From positions 1-47,309 of the forward strand of contig JAGMAI010000020.1 in the NCBI GenBank assembly GCA_023130895.1: a DNA stretch of 47,309 nucleotides, given 5' to 3'. Below are positions 9,853 through 18,438 of this stretch, piece by piece. The stretch's first letter is position 1; each line of letters begins with the position of its first letter. The position numbers and the translations under genes are program-made. Under the pieces are notes generated by a model that saw only the letters and a list, made by a program, of their open reading frames with translations, was not told where the DNA came from and ran no database searches. Source of the DNA: Thermoplasmata archaeon (lineage in GTDB: Archaea > Thermoplasmatota > Thermoplasmata > RBG-16-68-12 > JAGMCJ01).

Positions 9853-10196
9853 AATTCGACCTCCTCAACAAAATGCCATACGACACTGGAGTTATAAATA
9901 TAGATTGGAACAACCTTCAATATGAATTGTACAATTTTGGATGGCTGCCAGTCTGCCGAGCAGTTGCTTGGTTCTCGGAGTCGATATTCCTTATGATCGC
10001 GGTCCAGGCCATATCGTAGAATAAGGCAGAGATGTGCTCTTCAAGATGTCGCACTTCCTTACGATGTGCGACATTGTTGCAGACCAATCCCAAGGAATGC
10101 TTGACTCCTTCAGAGATGCGGTCTCGCACTCATCATTCGCACCAATGCACTCACTCTGAGCGGTCAGTCCCTCGAGAGTGACACCTGATCGACCGT

Positions 10197-11261
10197 TCAC
10201 GTGGGTGCGCCGTCCAAGGCCTCCCCAATGATGTTGGAGAAATCGCAGTTTACTGGAACGTCCGCCTCGCTCAGGGCTACGAGTTCGATCTCGGGCCTAC
10301 GAACGACATGCCCTCCTCCGGCACAGAGAGAACCAAGGGCCTTCCTTGCTCCGTAGAATTCCTCATAATCCCTGTACGCTGAGCACCATATCGATTCGGA
10401 GTTCCCGACGGAAGTAAAGAACACTGGTGCGATCTCAAGTGTTCTTCGAATTCCCCCCATCCTTGACTTGAGAGGAGTCTTCGAACTGTGCGTCATGTGC
10501 ACGAAGGAGTAGATACTGTAGCCAACCTTTCTGAGATCGACCACTCTCGCGGTCCTTATCAGCCCAGCCCTCTCAAACCTCTTCTTCATGCTCGAGATGA
10601 CCTGTCTGGAGGCGTCGACTCTCTCTGACAGGGCGACGTCCGTGAACTCAGGATAGGCCACCAGTCCCTTCAGGACCGTTCTCTCTTTCTTCGTCAGTCT
10701 TCTCGCCTGAACCTTCTGGAACGTTGCCTCAGCAGCTATCTTCTCCTCTATCCCGAAAAGCAGGCTGAGCGCTCTCGAGTAGTCGAAGTGTCTCACCAGT
10801 CTTGCAGTCTCAAAGGGGAAGACCACCCATGTCTTCGTTGAATCGCTGAAGAGATTTGTGCCGCTGAACTCGAACTCGAGTTTCTCTGCCCATCTCCTGA
10901 AGGAAGTGTAGTTCTTCGATGCAGACATGAACAAGAAGAAATCCGGTGAGGTCAGGAAGTAGTAGAGACCCTTGTTCTCTCTCTTCAGCGTGTCCAGGAA
11001 TCGTTTTCTGAGTTCCTCATCCGCCGATGGATTGTATCTTCCGTATCCCACGACCGCAAGTTCATAACCTAGTCTGCTGACGGCTGGGATTCTGACAGTC
11101 TTGAAGTAACCCTCCTGATGCAACCTTCTCCTGATCGCCGTGATCGTCGAGTGTTTCACTCCCATCCTCTCGGAAAGCCCACGGTCATTCAAGGTTGGAT
11201 ACTTGGCCAATCCGTACAGGACTGTTCGTTCGTTCTTTGTCAGACCCTTCTTCACGAACAC
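10197..11261 (-). CDS. Transcriptional regulator with two tandem winged-helix modules
   Basis: 354 aa with a GTG start. An internal duplication is visible: KNERTVLYGLAKYPTLNDRGLSERMGVKHSTITAIRRRLHQEGYFKTVRI and TKKERTVLKGLVAYPEFTDVALSERVDASRQVISSMKKRFERAGLIRTARV. Confidence 0.7.
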   Translation of the reverse strand: MFVKKGLTKNERTVLYGLAKYPTLNDRGLSERMGVKHSTITAIRRRLHQEGYFKTVRIPAVSRLGYELAVVGYGRYNPSADEELRKRFLDTLKRENKGLYYFLTSPDFFLFMSASKNYTSFRRWAEKLEFEFSGTNLFSDSTKTWVVFPFETARLVRHFDYSRALSLLFGIEEKIAAEATFQKVQARRLTKKERTVLKGLVAYPEFTDVALSERVDASRQVISSMKKRFERAGLIRTARVVDLRKVGYSIYSFVHMTHSSKTPLKSRMGGIRRTLEIAPVFFTSVGNSESIWCSAYRDYEEFYGARKALGSLCAGGGHVVRRPEIELVALSEADVPVNCDFSNIIGEALDGAPT

Positions 11262-11695
11262 TTGAATGATTCTCTATTATAATATCGTTATGAAGATGTT
11301 AATGTTACGTCTGCAGGTCCGTATTTAACGCTTGTCCAGAGATGTCTGATTCACGTCAGTGTTTCAGGAGAGCAATTGAACAGTGGGCGATGGTTGCCCG
11401 AGTCATGGGGACGATCGATGATCGTCAGCCCAGACGGCTGGTCTGAGAAAATGTCTTGTCCAGGACGGTGTCCTGCATCAGGAGAGAATACTTGGTAGTT
11501 GTGCCGTCCTGGACAACCGACTGCATATTGGAGGGATAGATCGGGACATGTCCTGTCCCGCGTTGCAGTCGGGTATGACATGAACTCTATTGAGTGAGTC
11601 AAGTCTATTGGTACACTGTTTTGTGGAATGATTCCCGGAAACCAAGAGAGAATTGCAGCCGACAGCTGCTCTTGAAACGTCAGACCCTCATTGAA

Positions 11696-12290
11696 CTACG
11701 TCACTTCGATTATCCAGTCCACGTCAGACTCCACCTTCACCCAATACCCTTATCCTGGCTGAAGAACCTCCGCGTCTCCTGGCACTCTCAGATGATACGG
11801 AGGCGTGGGATTGTTGCCCTCCACACGCACCGCTCCCATCATCTTGACATCGTACACAGTATAAGAGGAATTGAACGAAGGGAAAGAGACAAGATTCCAT
11901 CCCTCGCACGGATGCATCATAGTCTGGGGAGGGACAATTCCTGCCACTGTGAGATTCGAGAGTCCTCTGTCACGTCTACCCATGCTCCTGTGGTGCGATT
12001 CACGCTCCACAGACCTCTCCTGTAGCCCTTGGAGGTCATGTGCCACCTCCATTCGTGGGAGGAGGAGTCGTAGAACCATGCATTGTCGTTGTCGTATTGC
12101 ACTGTCTGACGAACGGTCTGGATGCTCTCGTTGGACTGGATGAGCGGGACGGAGACGAGGTTCGGATCTCGAGAGAGAGCGGAAGCGTGACCTTGGCGGC
12201 TTGAACGTTGCAGCAAGCTACGTTGTTGTACGGTCCTAATGCAGATTGGACGCAGGTAGGTAATTCGCTTGTGGAGGGATCAAAACACGT
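11696..12290 (-). pseudogene. Decayed 3' fragment paralogous to the C-terminal domain of the beta-helix surface protein at 15101-16882
   Basis: Three reading frames together reproduce the C-terminal part of the paralogue. NVQAAKVTLPLSL / PNLVSVPLIQSNESIQTV / NLTVAGIVPPQT...GWNLVSFPSF...RVEGN...GDAEVL / GYWVKVESDVDWII correspond to QVAKFTRPLSLGPNLISIPLIQSNESIEAI...NLTVAGIVPTQT...GWNLVSFPSF...RVEGY...GDAEVLLAGEAYWIEVDADVDWMV. There are at least two frameshifts and one in-frame TAA. Confidence 0.75.
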
Positions 12291-12520
12291 GTGTTGCGCC
12301 TAGCCCAGTAAGAACAGAGTCCTTCTGGTTTTAATATGTGATTGGGCATCGAGAATGAGATCTCTCTTCAGGCGGACAAGATATGTCCCTGTTCTTATTG
12401 GATGACGTTAGAGAATTCTGTTAGAAGCCAGGACCAGTGGTAACAGGGCGTCATTTGCCCCGACGTTCGTCTGTATGCTTCCATGGCACTGTTAGTCACG
12501 GACTACCTAGGAGTGACACC

Positions 12521-12688
12521 TTATTCGTTTGCTATCTCTTCCAGCTCAAGCTCTTCTCCGGGTTTGACTTTCCTTTTGATGTGCTTGTCCATTATCACGA
12601 CTTTGGTTTTCTTTTGTCTCTTTTCAGGCAGCTCGCTCATTCTGACAACTTCAACTGGTGCCTCTTTCCTATCTTTTCTCTTGACCAT
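12521..12688 (-). CDS. Small ORF (55 aa) paralogous to the N-terminal module of the 208-aa protein upstream
   Basis: Not in the ORF track (under 60 aa). MVKRKDRKEAPVEVVRMSELPEKRQKKTKVVIMDKHIKRKVKPGEELELEEIANE aligns with MVREKLDIEAHRELVKMSELSDEKQEKTRVLVMDKKFRRKIGIGQELDL. GGAGAGG lies upstream of the ATG. Confidence 0.45.
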   Translation of the reverse strand: MVKRKDRKEAPVEVVRMSELPEKRQKKTKVVIMDKHIKRKVKPGEELELEEIANE

Positions 12689-12833
12689 TCTACATCATCC
12701 TCTCCCGCTTGGACATCCACGTCGCAGATCATCTTCTCGATGCTCTTTCCGATATCGGGCGGAGATACTTATAGTCTCGACTGCAGCTTGCGTCCTCTCT
12801 ACACGAATGCGAAAGGGGGAGCGTATTCGAATC

Positions 12834-13460
12834 CTATATCATGGCAAGTACGGGAACCCAATTCGTCTTGTTGAAGTCGTAGATTGCATCGTTTTGGGGC
12901 TCCACTAGCTTCATCTTCTTCTGGTCTCTGCTATAGTAGCAGTTGACTGCGTGATAGAAGCCTGGGCCTCTGAACCACAGTACTCCAAATGGAACGCCCT
13001 TCAACTTGTCATTCATGAGTCCGGAGACCACCTGTGCGAAGTCGTCGCAATCGAAATAGGTGTTTATCCACATCTGCAGGTCTGTGAGGTCCTCGGACAA
13101 CACCTTCTTGACTTGCGTATCTGGGTATAGGAAGTAGAAGCCATCAGAGATAAACACACCACCTGATGTGGAGAACGCTCCGAAATCCCGGATTATTGCA
13201 CTTGAAAGGTCTCCACCCGATATGGTCGGGCCTCTGATCACAGTCTGACCCCCTGGAACGTCTTCAGGTGCATCAACAAATTCCAGGACACCTTCATCTT
13301 CCACCATCTTCGTGAGATCCAGCTCCTGCCCAATTCCGATTTTCCTTCTGAACTTCTTGTCCATCACCAATACTCTTGTTTTCTCCTGTTTCTCATCGGA
13401 CAGTTCGCTCATCTTCACTAGCTCACGATGTGCCTCTATGTCAAGCTTTTCTCTTACCAT
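12834..13460 (-). CDS. Hypothetical protein with a possible papain-fold Cys-His-Glu domain (MOA agglutinin C-terminal-like)
   Basis: 208 aa, with a strong SD (GGAGGGAGGT) before the ATG. Candidate triad: YFDCDDFA (Cys138), FYHAVN (His170), VEPQ (Glu187). The function is inferred only from this pattern. Confidence 0.6.
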   Translation of the reverse strand: MVREKLDIEAHRELVKMSELSDEKQEKTRVLVMDKKFRRKIGIGQELDLTKMVEDEGVLEFVDAPEDVPGGQTVIRGPTISGGDLSSAIIRDFGAFSTSGGVFISDGFYFLYPDTQVKKVLSEDLTDLQMWINTYFDCDDFAQVVSGLMNDKLKGVPFGVLWFRGPGFYHAVNCYYSRDQKKMKLVEPQNDAIYDFNKTNWVPVLAMI

Positions 13461-13711
13461 ATTACCTCCCTCCTACTCTTGGATGTTTGTCGCATATACT
13501 AGATGTCTTATTTAACATTTTCTAGGAATTGCAGAATTCTTCAACGGTCTACCATTCCTAATGGACATCCCGAGGATAGGATTGACAAATGATCACCTTC
13601 AATATGAAGGTCGACATTCGCCTGCCACATCATCGAGCTGAATCATCGGTCATGGGCAGACACCGAATCTCCTTGGGCACCTGGCCAGGTGAGTGACCTT
13701 CCAGACCTTCC

Positions 13712-14641
13712 TTACGAAACTAGGGGAATATCCGCAGATTGTCTGATGGAGGCGCTCTTCTTGGACAGTATCCATTGCGCCAGTTCGTGGAATCCCCTCT
13801 CCACGTTCATTCCGGTTTTGGCGCTAGTGAAGATGAACGGAGAGCCGATCCTTCGCGAATACTTTGCCACATCCTTCCTGTCAAAATCGAACTGATCCTC
13901 CAGGTCCGTCTTGTTGGCAACGATGCACACAGGCACCTTTCCCGTCGCATGGAAGATGGAAGACTTCCAGCCCTCCAGGCTTCTCAGAGTCTCGTTTCGC
14001 GTGACATCGCAGACGGCGAGGATGCCCTGCATCCCCTTGAAATGGGACTCCATGTAGAGGTCTGCGATGCTCCTCTTCCCCATTATGTCCCAGACCATCA
14101 TGACGACTCTCATTTGCTTTCCTCTCGGGAGGGGAACCAACATCTCCTTCTTTGACACCTTTGCTCCTATCGTCTTCACGTACTTGTCATCGAACTGATC
14201 CAAGACGAATTTTCTGATGAGACTGGTCTTCCCCACCCCCGCATCACCAACAATGCCCACCTTGAACTTGGCAACTTCCCACTTGCGGTTCCTCGTCTCT
14301 TCTGCGGCCTCTGAGACCATCCTCATCTCGTAGTCCATTCCTGCAACCTTCAAGAGGTACTTCATCTTGGTGATTGCCGAGTGAACTGCCCGTATCATGT
14401 TCTCGTCTTTCGACAGAGCGTCCTTGGGAACAGTAAGAATGAGCCTGTCTTCCTCGAGTATCCAACCCTCGGATTCCAGGACATTCGAGAGCATCGCCAG
14501 TCTCATGTCCTCTCGTTTCACGAGAACCTCGAAGGTTATCCTTCCCTCCTTGCTCGTCTCTCTCAGATCACGGCCCCTGGGAATCCCGTCCAGCAGTATC
14601 TTCTTGCTCCCAGGTTTCATTGACATCACCGATGGCATCAC
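13712..14641 (-). CDS. Ras-superfamily (Rab/Ras-like) small GTPase with an N-terminal extension of about 125 aa
   Basis: G1 is GDAGVGKTS, G2 is YVKTIG, G3 is WDIMGKR, G4 is NKTD and G5 is TSAKTG, all in canonical order and spacing. GTG at 14641 or ATG at 14638 could be the start. Confidence 0.85.
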   Translation of the reverse strand: MMPSVMSMKPGSKKILLDGIPRGRDLRETSKEGRITFEVLVKREDMRLAMLSNVLESEGWILEEDRLILTVPKDALSKDENMIRAVHSAITKMKYLLKVAGMDYEMRMVSEAAEETRNRKWEVAKFKVGIVGDAGVGKTSLIRKFVLDQFDDKYVKTIGAKVSKKEMLVPLPRGKQMRVVMMVWDIMGKRSIADLYMESHFKGMQGILAVCDVTRNETLRSLEGWKSSIFHATGKVPVCIVANKTDLEDQFDFDRKDVAKYSRRIGSPFIFTSAKTGMNVERGFHELAQWILSKKSASIRQSADIPLVS

Positions 14642-14825
14642 GCCAATGGATCGTCTTGGCGGGCCCTCGCAAATCGAGCAGGAAACACGTCAGGCCGAAA
14701 CAGAGAAGAAGGTTTCTACCAGATTATCAGATGTGAGACTGTGTCGCAGTTCCCTATGCAGTGCGACAAGAGACTTTATGCAACACGTGTGATTGTGCAC
14801 TCTGATTGCTGAGGAGGGAATCCTG

Positions 14826-15089
14826 TTGAGCGGCAATGTCGTGAAGGCAAAGAAGAGAAGAAGACGGAGAATTGGGGAAAGGCTGTACGCTCCGTCAAAG
14901 TGGTGGCACTGGATACTCCTGTTTCTCACCATGTATACTCTGGCCTTCGTGTTCATTTGGTTCTTTGTGGCCGCGTTCATATGTCTTCTAGTGGAGGCGG
15001 CGGTAGTCGCTTTGATTGTGGCAATTCCCATCGCCGCATATCATTGCCTGCAGACAAGAAAGGAAAGGACCCAGCAGAATTCGACGTAG
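14826..15089 (+). CDS. Possible small 2-TM membrane protein with a poly-basic N-terminus
   Basis: The ORF is open from 14793. GAGGAGGG at 14811-14818 precedes an in-frame TTG at 14826. Content is KKRRRRR, then WHWILLFLTMYTLAFVFIWFFVAAFICLLVEAAVVALIVAIPIAAY. No homology was recognised. Confidence 0.3.
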   Translation: MSGNVVKAKKRRRRRIGERLYAPSKWWHWILLFLTMYTLAFVFIWFFVAAFICLLVEAAVVALIVAIPIAAYHCLQTRKERTQQNST

Positions 15090-15100
15090 TCCTTTTCGCA

Positions 15101-16882
15101 CTATGACCCTTCCACCATCCAGTCCACGTCCGCATCCACTTCTATCCAGTACGCCTCTCCCGCCAGAAGCACTTCCGCGTCTCCAAGCGTCCTCAGGAAG
15201 TAAGGGGGGGCAAGGTCATATCCCTCTACTCTCATGGCACCAATCTCCGCCTTCAGGTCTGCAACGGTGTATGTAGTGCTGAATGAGGGAAATGACACAA
15301 GATTCCATCCTGCTGTCAGGTGAATCGAGGTTTGAGTGGGAACGATTCCTGCCACAGTGAGGTTCGAGTCCTCTGTCACGTTGACCCATATACCCTGGGT
15401 GTGATCCATATTCCATAAGCCTCTCCTATATTCCTTTTGTTTCATGAACCACGTCCATTCTTGGGAGGAAGAATTGCAGGACCAGACCTTATCGTACTTG
15501 ACCGTCTGAAGGATTGCCTCGATACTCTCATTGGATTGGATGAGAGGAATGGAGATGAGGTTCGGACCCAGAGAGAGTGGGCGGGTGAATTTGGCTACCT
15601 GGGTCTCTGGACAACTCTGATTGTGGTAGACATCTGCTGCACATACCTGATAGAAGTAGTTGGCCTGATCCCCTTCTCCGACTGAAGCGTCCGTGAAGGT
15701 TGTTGTGCCATTGGGAAGAGCGGTGATGAACTGGTAGCTTAGTCCAGAGGAATCGTATACTTTTCCCCTGTAGACCTCGTAGCCGACAACAGATTTCAAT
15801 CCCTGTCCATCATCAGGAGAGAGAGCCCATGCTATTGTGACGTTCTCCAGGTCGGTGCCGCTGAGAGTGGCTCGGAGAATTGCTGGCGGGCGCATGGGAA
15901 GAGGCGTCACGGGGGACATAAGCGGGTACCTGTCCTGAGTGTCCACATCCACATCATAAGGAGTGTCACCTATACCATCGCTCCCCGGCAGATCCTGATC
16001 AGGACCACTTAGAAAGTCATTTCCCGAATAATCACTCCAGTAGTTGCCTCCGTTGGGATAGCCATCATCCCAGTAGTCGTTGAATCCTTGCACATCGAGA
16101 CCTTGTTGAGTGTTGTTTATGAAAACATTGTGATAGACATGGCATCCAGCGGGCTGAATCAAATACATCCCCACATCGTTGTCAATCAGAACGTTCTCTG
16201 TAACGGTTACGTTAGTGGGAAACTGAATAAGGGTTATGCCCCAATAGCTGTTCATGATGTAGTTCTTGATTATAGTAACGTTAGTCCCCCACCCCGTCAG
16301 CCAAATTGCGGCTTGAAAGATAGTGGTAAACCAGTTGTTGGCGATGGTGACGTTCTCCCCCCAATCGACGAGAACGCCATGCCTACAGTATGGGTTAGTC
16401 TCATTATCCCTGACACCGTAGAAAGTATTGTTGACGATTGAGATATTGGAGACAACTATAGCATCTATGTTGTTCTGACTGTTGAAGAAAGTAGATTGCT
16501 CTATTGACCCATTGGATACGTTCCACAAGTGGATGCCAGCATACTGAGGCCAGTCCCCGTAGAAGCCGTCATGGATATTGACATCGCGGATGACGAAATG
16601 TGCGTCGGTGCGGCGTATTTCTATGCCATGACCCGTTGAAGCATTGATTTCCCATCCTTCTATGATGTAAGGGTCCGATACCGTTCCGCTTCCACCAGTT
16701 ACGCCGTTGTCCGGCGTGAAGTCTCCATTTCCGTCAATGAAGATTGGGGCATGTGGTGCATGGGCAGAAGCTTCTTCTATCTGAGAAACGACTGGGCACA
16801 TGGAGATAATCGTGAGCACGGCAAAGAGAGTTGCTGCTTTGATTCGTCTATTCATTCCATCGATCATAACGTCATGACTCAA
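15101..16882 (-). CDS. Secreted right-handed parallel beta-helix (NosD/PbH1-like) protein with a C-terminal domain shared with the pseudogene at 11.7-12.3 kb
   Basis: There is an N-terminal signal/TM segment (AATLFAVLTIISMCPVV). DPYIIEGWEIN is followed by a periodic series of N-x-(S/T)-I-x-(N/D)N-type turns (VSNISIVNNTF, ENVTIANNWF, TNVTIIKNYI, TNVTVTENVL). Confidence 0.8.
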   Translation of the reverse strand: MSHDVMIDGMNRRIKAATLFAVLTIISMCPVVSQIEEASAHAPHAPIFIDGNGDFTPDNGVTGGSGTVSDPYIIEGWEINASTGHGIEIRRTDAHFVIRDVNIHDGFYGDWPQYAGIHLWNVSNGSIEQSTFFNSQNNIDAIVVSNISIVNNTFYGVRDNETNPYCRHGVLVDWGENVTIANNWFTTIFQAAIWLTGWGTNVTIIKNYIMNSYWGITLIQFPTNVTVTENVLIDNDVGMYLIQPAGCHVYHNVFINNTQQGLDVQGFNDYWDDGYPNGGNYWSDYSGNDFLSGPDQDLPGSDGIGDTPYDVDVDTQDRYPLMSPVTPLPMRPPAILRATLSGTDLENVTIAWALSPDDGQGLKSVVGYEVYRGKVYDSSGLSYQFITALPNGTTTFTDASVGEGDQANYFYQVCAADVYHNQSCPETQVAKFTRPLSLGPNLISIPLIQSNESIEAILQTVKYDKVWSCNSSSQEWTWFMKQKEYRRGLWNMDHTQGIWVNVTEDSNLTVAGIVPTQTSIHLTAGWNLVSFPSFSTTYTVADLKAEIGAMRVEGYDLAPPYFLRTLGDAEVLLAGEAYWIEVDADVDWMVEGS

Positions 16883-17055
16883 ATTGCCTTTGCGCCTTAA
16901 ATTCCTTTCTCTTGGTCATCTGTCCAGATATGGAAATGTCGTTCTTCATTATCATCTGCGACGAAATTGAGAAGCTGTAAGAACTCCTTCCCGTGTGAGA
17001 TCAATCGCCCTGCTCACTCAGAGTCTCACATACGACAAAAACGGGAGATCCAAGG

Positions 17056-17223
17056 CTATCTCCTCAACTTCCTTACTACCAGCTCTTTGCCTGCGATCTC
17101 AACCTCAACCTCCTCTTTTGCCTTGAAGGGGAATGCTGAATCCTTGTGCACGTCCGTCGGAATGTATAGCATGAATCGCCCTTTCACTGGTTCGTGCAGT
17201 CTACCTTTTCCCTTTAATGCCAT
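17056..17223 (-). CDS. Small AbrB/SpoVT/MazE-like swapped-hairpin DNA-binding protein (55 aa)
   Basis: Not in the ORF track. The sequence is MALKGKGRLHEPVKGRFMLYIPTDVHKDSAFPFKAKEEVEVEIAGKELVVRKLRR. The pattern (x-IP-x-x-V-x-x-x-x-x-F-x-x-x-x-x-V-x-V-x-I-x-G-x-x-LVV-x-K) fits AbrB-type domains. Confidence 0.4.
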   Translation of the reverse strand: MALKGKGRLHEPVKGRFMLYIPTDVHKDSAFPFKAKEEVEVEIAGKELVVRKLRR

Positions 17224-17388
17224 TCTATCACTCTGTGCTGAGGTTACGATTAGTAATAATGGATTGTAGCTACTTCAACACATATAAGTTTCAGCAGTAG
17301 GTATCCCTAATGAGTACAGAGAATACTTATAGGCAAACAACGCATCGCAATTGCCTGAGGTACCCACAAGGGAAGCAGGGCAAAGGTG

Positions 17389-17949
17389 ATGCAGATGGTG
17401 GCTAGGTCATTCTGGTTCAACGCTGACGAGATAGAAAAGGAGACCAAATCGCCTGACTACGGTTCGTATGTCGACATTGAGATGTTCAAGATCCTTCTAC
17501 CTGAGAACGTCCTCGACAAGTCCAGGGTCAGGAAGTATCCGGAAACAATAGATGTCTTCAGAGGGGATATTGACCCCTATCTCATGATGGATTCCCCATA
17601 TGCTGGACATGGACTTCCAGACTACCGTGTTGATGCCTTTCTTGTGAGGACAGGAAGCAAGGCCTTCGCAGAAGCTTTGGCGCGACTGGTTGAATCTGAG
17701 AACATCAATGGGTACTTGAAGTTCATGGACTTCTACTGGGACAAGCGTCGTCTTTACTTCTATCGCCGGACGGACGAGGTGGTGCATCTTGTCTGGGTAT
17801 ATTCAGTCAGGAATGGGACAGTCTACCCAGTAGTCGAGCTCTCTGAGGAAGAGGATTGGGATAGCGAGAAGCTCAAGGACCTCGAGAAGATTGGCTGGAA
17901 AACATCTACGAAGCCGGTGGTTGCAGGAATCGGTGGCGCACCGCAATGA
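17389..17949 (+). CDS. Hypothetical protein
   Basis: 186-aa ORF from the ATG at 17389 (a GTG lies at 17386). No motif was recognised. Confidence 0.5.
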   Translation: MQMVARSFWFNADEIEKETKSPDYGSYVDIEMFKILLPENVLDKSRVRKYPETIDVFRGDIDPYLMMDSPYAGHGLPDYRVDAFLVRTGSKAFAEALARLVESENINGYLKFMDFYWDKRRLYFYRRTDEVVHLVWVYSVRNGTVYPVVELSEEEDWDSEKLKDLEKIGWKTSTKPVVAGIGGAPQ

Positions 17950-18063
17950 TGTGTGAAATGGAGATGCCTTCATAGCTCATTCGACCCTGCAAATCGACGT
18001 GACTGATAATCGGACTCGGATTTGGGCAACATGTTTGGCGGTTCTTCTGGAGTGGGCTGTGTC

Positions 18064-18288
18064 TCACGCCTCGTAGTCGAGAAGAACCAGCCACGCCTGC
18101 AACTTCGCGAGGAGCTCTTCGGGCGTCAGGTGCTCCTTTTCCCTGAGAATGACTAGCCGGAGGGGGTGATCAAGCGGGAACTTGCCAGATACCAGCTCCT
18201 TGAGGTTGTCGGTAGAGATGGTCCTCGGGTTGTCACGTTCATGCTGGACTCTCCTGACAGGTTCACGATCCGCATTCCGCTTTGGCAT
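18064..18288 (-). CDS. Hypothetical small protein (74 aa)
   Basis: An internal ATG at 18288 is preceded by GGAGGTGATGGG. The longer 112-aa version in the ORF track has a low-complexity leader. Confidence 0.4.
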   Translation of the reverse strand: MPKRNADREPVRRVQHERDNPRTISTDNLKELVSGKFPLDHPLRLVILREKEHLTPEELLAKLQAWLVLLDYEA

Positions 18289-18438
18289 TCTCCCATCACC
18301 TCCTAGGCGATCCTGAGAGCAGGCTACTTGGTATATCGTTGATTGACTAGATAGCCTTGACGTGGGACTCAAACGCGAACTACTCCATCGTCCAGTTGGC
18401 ACAAAGGGTTAATACCTCAGAGTGCATTTAGTATTCCC

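Noticed and set aside
9444-9925. Plus-strand ORFs 9478-9669, 9512-9925 and 9573-9830, and minus-strand 9444-9692
   Set aside because: These are alternative or antisense frames of the repeat-protein gene. They are Pro/Ser/Arg-rich with no motifs.
11351-11602. 83-aa minus-strand ORF in the inverted-repeat region
   Set aside because: It has no start context and no motif, and its composition looks non-coding. The region is better described by its inverted repeats.
12437-12908. Plus-strand ORFs 12437-12874 and 12483-12908 (145 and 141 aa)
   Set aside because: They are low-complexity Ser/Leu/Phe-rich antisense translations of the 55-aa ORF and of the 3' end of the 208-aa gene. The minus-strand reading shows clear paralogy and ribosome-binding sites.
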